From Arcicella sp. (GTDB lineage Bacteria; Bacteroidota; Bacteroidia; Cytophagales; Spirosomataceae), in contig JAYVIV010000136.1 of NCBI GenBank assembly GCA_043769985.1, positions 5,802 through 69,801 of the forward strand: a DNA stretch of 64,000 nucleotides, given 5' to 3'. The notes under the pieces are model-generated. The model saw nothing but the letters and a program-made list of their open reading frames with translations, ran no database searches and was not told the DNA's origin. The first letter of the stretch is position 1, and the number at the start of each line of letters is the position of its first letter. Positions 57,491 through 64,000 of the stretch are shown here, piece after piece. Both the position numbers and the translations under genes were made by a program.

Positions 57491-57892
57491 TTGAATAAAG
57501 ATAAAGTAACCCATAGTATTATGAAAACAGATGTAGAAATTTTAGATAAATTTGGTCAGATAGTCACAAGGGATGTTCATGATGAATTATTTTATTTTAT
57601 TTCAAGTGATTTAGGCGTTTTAGCTCAATCAGAAGGTGTCATGAACCTTTTTGCGAATATGTCTCAAATTCAAAAAAAAGAGTTAGAGAGTTACATTGAT
57701 GGATTACTGACAGACTCTATATTTCAATTTCTGAAAATATTTGATGAAAATAGTCAATTCAAATTAATATTTGAAGATGAAGACGGTAGAGTTAAAGATT
57801 TGAATAAGATTAGTGATATGCTTAAAGCTGAACCACTTATAGAAAATGGATGGATTCAAAGATTCAGTAAGTATAAAAGAGTGAATAAATAA
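57491..57892 (+). CDS. Hypothetical AT-rich protein, possible orphan immunity protein
   Basis: LDKFGQ..., FQFLKIFDEN, GWIQRFSKY; start uncertain (TTG or Met at 57521). Confidence 0.55.
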   Translation: MNKDKVTHSIMKTDVEILDKFGQIVTRDVHDELFYFISSDLGVLAQSEGVMNLFANMSQIQKKELESYIDGLLTDSIFQFLKIFDENSQFKLIFEDEDGRVKDLNKISDMLKAEPLIENGWIQRFSKYKRVNK

Positions 57893-57938
57893 TTTTACCT
57901 ATCCGCACGTTATTTCCCAACAAATCAGACAAATAACC

Positions 57939-58175
57939 ATGCAACAATTCCCATTATTCTCAACGGTTATTTTAACCAAATATTTCCCTCTATATCAGTT
58001 CACGAAGGGAGATGTCGCTACGGTTGTTGAATTCATCGAACCAAGCGAATATATTTTATAAGTATTTGATAACCAATGTGATACACTTGATGTAATTCCC
58101 GTTTTAGCCTCAGATATTACTTTACCAAAACCTCATGCAGTAGTCAATTATCGTGATTATGCGAGTGTTGCGTAA
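57939..58175 (+). pseudogene. DUF4926 protein with internal nonsense codon
   Basis: MQQFPLFSTVILTKYFP...KGDVATVVEF...YIL*VFDNQCDTLDVIPV; TAA at 58059-58061. Confidence 0.7.
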
Positions 58176-58183
58176 TCGTCCCC

Positions 58184-58873
58184 TTACCCCCGCATAACCT
58201 CCTGTAAAATCCCCAACGACTTCACTTCTGTAAGCGTATCCACGTGCAAACAATAAAACAAAATGATTGAATCTAATAACTGATTTCTGGAAAAACGGTC
58301 AATTTTGGGGGCTTTGTCGTATTGCGTATTCATCAACACATCCAATTGATTTTCAAGAACTTGTGTTAAAGTTGGCAAGTTATGAAGACTCAATTCATGT
58401 GAAATTTCGTGGGCATTTTCGGGTGAAAAACCTAAATAGGTTCCAAATTCTAAGAGAAATTGTAAGTGGAAATTTTCGTAGTTTTCAGTAACGCCATCGA
58501 GCCAAAGAATAGAATTATTGAGGAAGTGAAAAAGGGGCGTATTTCCATTTTCTTCTTGTAATGATTTACTTAAAATTTCAGTAATGAATAAAGCAATCGA
58601 AGACTTCTGAATGTTGAAAGGAATGGTTTGAAAAGGAGCATTACATTTCATCTCCGAAATCCGATGAATGTTCTTTCCGTCTTTATGATAAATCACTAAA
58701 TCTAATAACGTAAGTGGCTGAAAAAGAGCGATTTTGTTCTTTGATTTGGCACTTCTGACACCGTTTTCGATATATGTCTGAATCCCAAACTCTTCGGTAT
58801 AAATCTTCACAATCACCGAGGTTTCTCGATAACGAATATAATTAATAACTATGCCACGAGTTTTGAATAACAT
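58184..58873 (-). CDS. recO: DNA repair protein RecO
   Basis: KTRGIVI, YRETSVIVKIYTEEFG, FQPL, KSLGILQEV. Confidence 0.92.
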   Translation of the reverse strand: MLFKTRGIVINYIRYRETSVIVKIYTEEFGIQTYIENGVRSAKSKNKIALFQPLTLLDLVIYHKDGKNIHRISEMKCNAPFQTIPFNIQKSSIALFITEILSKSLQEENGNTPLFHFLNNSILWLDGVTENYENFHLQFLLEFGTYLGFSPENAHEISHELSLHNLPTLTQVLENQLDVLMNTQYDKAPKIDRFSRNQLLDSIILFYCLHVDTLTEVKSLGILQEVMRG

Positions 58874-58877
58874 TTTA

Positions 58878-59018
58878 TTTCGATGTTGGATGTTCGTTTT
58901 CCGATGTTTGGTTTTCGAGTATAATTAACATCAAACGTCAAAAAAACTATCTTCAATTTTTGCAGTTTATTTTCCGAGTAACGAACATCTAACATCGAAA
59001 ACCGAACCGAAGCGTCGG
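58878..59018. repeat. Inverted heptamer array (CGAACAT/AACATCG) between plsC-like and recO
   Basis: CGATGTTGGATGTTCG... arm and the ...CGAACATCTAACATCG arm. Confidence 0.8.
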
Positions 59019-59023
59019 ACGCA

Positions 59024-59827
59024 TCAAATTTCTCTCTTCCAAGTCCATTTTTCTACTGGAATATTTTGTTCGATTTTGTCTCTTAAAATCTCCATAATCT
59101 CTTCCACAGGCATTTCTGGGTCGAAGCGGATTGGTTCTTTGAAATTTACCGTTAATGTGGTATTCGCCTTTTTGAAGCGTAATCCTTTCTTATCAAACGC
59201 CCGCCTAAAACCATTTATTACTACGGGTACAACTATTGGATTATGGGTTTTTATTAAATGTGCCGTTCCTTTACGTAGTGGTGCATAAGGCGTTGTTGTG
59301 CCTTGCGGGAAACTTACCACCCAACCATAAGAAAGTCCTTTTCCCACTTTGTCATCCGCCGAAGAATCAACTGCCCTTTTCACATCTTTACCCTCCGCAC
59401 GCCATGAACGATTCACTAAAATTGCTCCTGCCTGAGAAAAAATCCTTGGAATCAATCCTCCTTCTTTCATTGTTTCGGAAGCTGCCACATAAAAAACCCT
59501 CGAACGTGGAGCCAACAAATAAATTGGAAAATTAACTGAATTCCTAAATCCCCATTTGATACTGAAAAAGATGTGATATAGGGCAATCACATCCATAAAA
59601 TAAGTCTGATGATTAGATAAAAACAACACTCCCGTGCGTGGAAGTCCTTCCAAATGCTCTGTTCCGCTGATTTGCGTTTTGTTAACGCCTCGCAATCGGG
59701 TATAAGTCAACACTCCCAAAATCATCACAATAGCTCTCTTCAAAAGCATCGAATTGCCGAAGGGATCCCGTTCAAAGATTCCAAAGACATCAGCCATGGA
59801 GAGCAATTTTTTTAATACTGAATTCAT
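59024..59827 (-). CDS. Lysophospholipid acyltransferase (PlsC family)
   Basis: SNHQTYFMD (HxxxxD), FPQGT, IVPV. Confidence 0.85.
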   Translation of the reverse strand: MNSVLKKLLSMADVFGIFERDPFGNSMLLKRAIVMILGVLTYTRLRGVNKTQISGTEHLEGLPRTGVLFLSNHQTYFMDVIALYHIFFSIKWGFRNSVNFPIYLLAPRSRVFYVAASETMKEGGLIPRIFSQAGAILVNRSWRAEGKDVKRAVDSSADDKVGKGLSYGWVVSFPQGTTTPYAPLRKGTAHLIKTHNPIVVPVVINGFRRAFDKKGLRFKKANTTLTVNFKEPIRFDPEMPVEEIMEILRDKIEQNIPVEKWTWKREI

Positions 59828-60035
59828 GTTTTACGCAATGAGTGAATGATATAATGAGCGAATGATTGAATATTTTCAGAAGTAAAGTTCCCTGCACTTC
59901 AATTTTCAGTTCAATCGTTTCTCAAAAATACTCACTCATTCTATCATTCTATCATTCTATCATTGTTTTTTCTATCATTCTATCATTGTTTTTTCGTAAT
60001 TTCATTCATTTCTTTCATTACAAAACCGTCTAAAA

Positions 60036-60686
60036 ATGAAAAAAAATACGCTTTTAATCTTATTTTCTTGCCTGATTTTTAAAGGATTAGCTCAAAAAAT
60101 CATTGACCGACCCATCATTTATGACTCTACTCGAAAAGCACTTTCCATTCAATATCTTAAAGAAAGACACGGCTTAGAACAATCTGAGCCTACACTTACA
60201 CCAAAAATGATTGTTTCTCATTGGACGGCAATTCCCACGCTCGAAGGTTCATTCAATGCTTTTAATTCCGTGATGTTGCCTTCGTATCGGAAGGAATTAA
60301 AGGGAGTAAGTCCACTTAATGTTTCGGTTCATTTTTTGGTTGATAGAGACGGAACGATATACCGATTGATGCCCGAAAATCTTATGGCTCGTCACGTCAT
60401 TGGACTCAATTGGTGTGCTTTGGGTATTGAAAACGTAGGAGATGGCAATAAATTTCCCTTAACCAAAGCCCAATTGAAAGCGAATATTTGGCTCGTGAAA
60501 TATCTGAAAAAGAAATATACTAACATTGAATATTTGATTGGACATCATGAATATACTTCATTTCAAAATACACTACTGTGGAAAGAATCTAACCCAAATT
60601 ACAGAACCGAAAAAGACGACCCTGGCATAGATTTTATGAATAAATTGAGAAAAGGAGTTAAGAAATTAAACTTGCAGGGTATTTAG
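60036..60686 (+). CDS. N-acetylmuramoyl-L-alanine amidase (Amidase_2)
   Basis: IVSHWT, VSVHFLVDRDG, ARH, GIEN, IGHHE, DDPG. Confidence 0.85.
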   Translation: MKKNTLLILFSCLIFKGLAQKIIDRPIIYDSTRKALSIQYLKERHGLEQSEPTLTPKMIVSHWTAIPTLEGSFNAFNSVMLPSYRKELKGVSPLNVSVHFLVDRDGTIYRLMPENLMARHVIGLNWCALGIENVGDGNKFPLTKAQLKANIWLVKYLKKKYTNIEYLIGHHEYTSFQNTLLWKESNPNYRTEKDDPGIDFMNKLRKGVKKLNLQGI

Positions 60687-60806
60687 GGGTTTAAGGATTA
60701 TAGGGTTTAGGAATCATCCTTATATTTTTCCTGTACTCCAAAAACAATTAATCAATCCCCTTTTCCTAAAACACATAATCCCTAAACCCCAAAACACCCA
60801 AAAAAT

Positions 60807-61742
60807 ATGAACGTATTAATCACAGGAGGCTCAGGTTTAGTTGGAACTCGCCTAACAGAAATATTAGTAGAAAGAGGTTTTACGGTATCGCATCTTACTC
60901 GAAAAGTGGAAGTGGCAGGTGGGGACACCAGCCACAGCGTAGGAGGGAAGCCCATAAAAACTTATCTCTGGGATATTAAAAAAGGAATTATTGACGAAAA
61001 AGCCCTCCTCCAAGCCGACTATTTGGTTCATTTGGCAGGGGCAGGAATTGCCGATGAGAACTGGTCGGAAGAAAGAAAAAAGGAAATTATTGAGAGTCGA
61101 ACAAAGTCTATAGATTTAATTGTCAGCAAGTTAAAGACAATACAACACAAAATCATCTCTTTTGCATCAGCTTCTGGGATTGGTTACTACGGAGCCGATA
61201 CTGGCAATGAACACATTTCTGAGCAACATAAACCAGGCAATGATTTTGTGGCTGATTGTTGTATTCAATGGGAAGCGGCGGCTGATAAAATTGAGGCTTT
61301 GGGCATTAGGACCGTTAAATTACGTACTGGCATCGTTTTGAGTGAAAAAGGTGGAGCTTTACCACGACTTACGCAACCTGTGCGTTGGGGTGTGGGTGCC
61401 GCTTTGGGAACGGGCAAACAATGGCAATCATGGATTCATTTAGATGATTTATGTGAACTATTCATTAAATCGCTGACTGACCAACAAATGACGGGAGCCT
61501 ATAATGCTGTTGCTCCGAATCCAGTAACAAATCATGAGTTAACCAGAATATCAGCCCAAGTGTTGAAACGCCCATTTTGGATGCCTAATGTGCCTGAATT
61601 TGCTTTAAAGTTAGTTTTTGGAGAAATGGCAAGTATCGTTTTAGGAGGGAATTATGTGTTAAATCAACGGATAAAATTAGAGACTGATTTTGATTATAAG
61701 TTTGTGGAGGTAAGGGCGGCTTTGACGGATTTATTGAGATGA
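60807..61742 (+). CDS. TIGR01777 family NAD-dependent epimerase
   Basis: ITGGSGLVG, HLAGAGI, ASGIGYYG, LRTGIVL, WIHLDD. Confidence 0.92.
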   Translation: MNVLITGGSGLVGTRLTEILVERGFTVSHLTRKVEVAGGDTSHSVGGKPIKTYLWDIKKGIIDEKALLQADYLVHLAGAGIADENWSEERKKEIIESRTKSIDLIVSKLKTIQHKIISFASASGIGYYGADTGNEHISEQHKPGNDFVADCCIQWEAAADKIEALGIRTVKLRTGIVLSEKGGALPRLTQPVRWGVGAALGTGKQWQSWIHLDDLCELFIKSLTDQQMTGAYNAVAPNPVTNHELTRISAQVLKRPFWMPNVPEFALKLVFGEMASIVLGGNYVLNQRIKLETDFDYKFVEVRAALTDLLR

Positions 61743-62072
61743 CTATAAATCCAAAGCCTTTATTCTTTTTAATATTTCCTTATCTTTCAATGTTGAATGC
61801 TCACTTTTATCATAAATTGCTAACAAATATGCAACTTCATCAATAATTTTAACGCAAGTTATTACCCTTGCTCCTCCACTTTTCCCTTTATTTTTTGATT
61901 CAATACTCATTCGTACTTTATAACAATCTTTACCCAAAGATTCTCCTTGAATTGGATTTTCTTGTAAGTCCAAAAGAAAGTTTATATAGTCCATTTTCAT
62001 TGAAACGTACTTTTTATTAAGTCGTTTCAATTCTTTTTCAAATTCGGGAGTCGAAATTATCTCAAAGTTCAT
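61743..62072 (-). CDS. RelE/HigB-2-like toxin
   Basis: FEKELKRLNKKY, CYKVRM, KGKSGGARVIT, YLLAIYDKSE. Confidence 0.85.
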   Translation of the reverse strand: MNFEIISTPEFEKELKRLNKKYVSMKMDYINFLLDLQENPIQGESLGKDCYKVRMSIESKNKGKSGGARVITCVKIIDEVAYLLAIYDKSEHSTLKDKEILKRIKALDL

Positions 62073-62274
62073 TAATCAAGTCAAAGGCATTTTTAAGTTT
62101 TAATTCTCCTTTTCTATATTTTTTAACGTCTTCTACACTCTTTTCTAATCCTGCCAAAAACGTTTTTTTCGTTGGTATTTCCTGTTCTAAAAAATCAACT
62201 TTTAACCTTTTTGCTAAATCAATAAAAAGACGATAATCAGTCATATTATTTGGTTGTATAGTGAGTGTTTTCAT
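62062..62274 (-). CDS. Putative antitoxin
   Basis: 70 aa; C-terminus LEKSVEDVKKYRKGELKLKNAFDLINEL; overlaps the toxin start. Confidence 0.7.
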   Translation of the reverse strand: MKTLTIQPNNMTDYRLFIDLAKRLKVDFLEQEIPTKKTFLAGLEKSVEDVKKYRKGELKLKNAFDLINEL

Positions 62275-62371
62275 TGCCTTATTTTGAATATTTTAAATAC
62301 TCTTCTCGCAAAAATCGGTGTTTGAGTATATTTTATTTATTTTTACAAATTAACTAAACAAATCTGAGATT

Positions 62372-62953
62372 TTGAAAAATATTTTAATCTACTGCGGTTC
62401 ATCGGCAGGTCATAACGAAGTTTATAAAAATACTGCTACGGAAATTGGCAAAACACTTGCTAATCAAGGACTTACCTTGGTTTATGGTGGAGGAAGTGTG
62501 GGCTTGATGGGAACGGTTGCCGATGCAATTTTGGCAAATGGTGGAGAAGCCATCGGGGTAATTCCATCATTTATGGAGCCTTGGGAAGTGCAACACAAAG
62601 GACTTACCGAATGTATCGTAACAGAATCCATGCACGCTCGTAAGCAATTAATGGCCGTAAAATCTGATGCAGTAATTGCCCTGCCAGGTGGTTGGGGAAC
62701 GTTGGATGAACTTTTTGAAATCCTGACTTGGCGACAATTAGGACTCCATAAAATGCCGATTGGAATTCTGAATACCAACGGTTTTTACGATGATTTACTG
62801 ATTATGCTTAAAAAAATGGTGTCCGAAGGTTTCGTGAAAGAAGCAAATCTTGAAATGTTAATTGTGGACGATAATATTGAATCTCTATTGGAAAAACTGC
62901 GTAATGATGTCTCTGAGGGGGAATTAGTGGGGAAGTGGATTGGGAGAGCGTAA
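62372..62953 (+). CDS. LOG family (TIGR00730) nucleotide-binding protein
   Basis: YCGSS, YGGGSVGLMG, MHARK, PGGWGTLDELFE. Confidence 0.92.
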   Translation: MKNILIYCGSSAGHNEVYKNTATEIGKTLANQGLTLVYGGGSVGLMGTVADAILANGGEAIGVIPSFMEPWEVQHKGLTECIVTESMHARKQLMAVKSDAVIALPGGWGTLDELFEILTWRQLGLHKMPIGILNTNGFYDDLLIMLKKMVSEGFVKEANLEMLIVDDNIESLLEKLRNDVSEGELVGKWIGRA

Positions 62954-62958
62954 ATCTT

Positions 62959-63088
62959 TTGTCTGGGCAACCCCGTCTGAATTTGGATTCATTGGATTAG
63001 GGGATTTCTTGGATTTTATGTCATAAGTTTTAATCCAAAAAATCCATAAATCTGACGAATCCAAATTCAGACGGGGTTGCCCAGACAA
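62959..63088. repeat. Family A element, copy 5, with a 32-bp perfect terminal inverted repeat
   Basis: 62959-62990 is the exact reverse complement of 63057-63088. Confidence 0.9.
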
Positions 63089-63166
63089 GAGAATATTAGC
63101 CCTTTTTCCACAACAATTTTAACCGCCATTTTACGTTTATTACAAAAAATAGCTATCATTTTCTCT

Positions 63167-64000
63167 ATGAAAACCACTCTCCAAATCCTTTGCACTGTTT
63201 CATTGCTCGCCGCCCAAAATTCAGTGCTTATAGCTCAAAATAAGCCTGAAAGTATTGGTTCTGCCGTCAATACTGAATATTCTGAACTCAATCCTGTGAT
63301 GTCACCCGATGGGAAAACGCTTTATTTTGGGCGTAAAAATCATCCGCAGAATAAATATGGTATAGCAGGCACTGACGGTATTAAAGGTTCACAAGATATT
63401 TGGTATTCTGAAAGCCTTATGGGTGCCTGGACGACTTCCAGACGAATGTCCGAAGCCCTCAATCGTGACCAATACAATACTATTTACAGCGTTTCACCCG
63501 ATGGACAAACCATTTTGATACAAGGAGCTTATGTGAACGGACAATACGAAACTCGTGGTTTTTCAATAGCTAAAAAGTCCGCTACGGGTTGGGAAATTCC
63601 GAAAAAGCTGGATATTCCCAAATATGAGAAATTGAGTCGTGGGATGAATGATTGTGGTTATCTTTCTAACGACGGTAAGGTACTTTTAATGGCTTTTTCC
63701 CAAAAGAAAAAGTCAGATGAAGACGATATTTATGCTTCTTTTTTAGAAAAAGATGGCTCATGGTCTGAACTCATAAATTTGGGCGACGATGTCAATACCG
63801 ATTTTACAGAAACAACCCCATTCTTAGCGGCAGACGGCAAAACGCTCTATTTTTCGAGTAATCGTGAGGGAGGAAAAGGTAGTAATGATATTTGGGTTTG
63901 CAAGCGAAAAGACGAAACTTGGATTCATTGGACAGAACCTACCAACATTGGTGAACCCATCAATACTGACCAATACGATGCCAGTTACACCATCTCGGCA
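63167..64000 (+). CDS. PD40/TolB-like beta-propeller protein (probably OmpA-associated), truncated by the window end
   Basis: Hand translation from the ATG at 63167: signal peptide, VNTEYSELNPVMSPDGKTLYF, TPFLAADGKTLYFSSNREGG. Confidence 0.8.
   Translation, partial: MKTTLQILCTVSLLAAQNSVLIAQNKPESIGSAVNTEYSELNPVMSPDGKTLYFGRKNHPQNKYGIAGTDGIKGSQDIWYSESLMGAWTTSRRMSEALNRDQYNTIYSVSPDGQTILIQGAYVNGQYETRGFSIAKKSATGWEIPKKLDIPKYEKLSRGMNDCGYLSNDGKVLLMAFSQKKKSDEDDIYASFLEKDGSWSELINLGDDVNTDFTETTPFLAADGKTLYFSSNREGGKGSNDIWVCKRKDETWIHWTEPTNIGEPINTDQYDASYTISA

Noticed and set aside
1-64000. IS elements, integrases, prophage, rRNA or tRNA genes
   Set aside because: No transposase, recombinase or phage motifs in the ORF track, and no recognisable structural RNA by eye.

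Overview
A 64-kb chromosomal window from a Bacteroidota genome, most likely Cytophagales. This rests on TAnnTTTG promoter boxes, T9SS C-terminal domains, TonB receptors and a GH3. The backbone is housekeeping genes (rpmH-rnpA, rplU-rpmA, tsaB, mutL, fpg, recJ, recO, lptB, nfu, S41 protease). Roughly a dozen toxin-antitoxin-like or defence-like micro-modules and AT-rich orphan genes sit one at a time between these genes, and I found no integrase or transposase. The most striking signal is a dense set of short palindromic and inverted-tandem repeats in several sequence families. They fill the intergenic spaces and also sit in frame inside protein-coding genes. A DUF4011/SF1 helicase carries about nine such inserts and takes its stop codon from a tenth element. 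rnpA, an M61 peptidase, a MutS-like ATPase, an MBL hydrolase and a TIGR01777 epimerase also carry them. Several coding inserts match intergenic copies almost exactly (18/18, 24/25, 12/12 nt). This resembles Rickettsia palindromic elements but involves many families at once. Secondary candidates are an ABC-ATPase plus PD-(D/E)xK two-gene defence module, three RelE-like paralogues whose antitoxins share a C-terminus but have different N-termini, and three decayed TA genes. All family assignments come from motif reading only; no database search was run.
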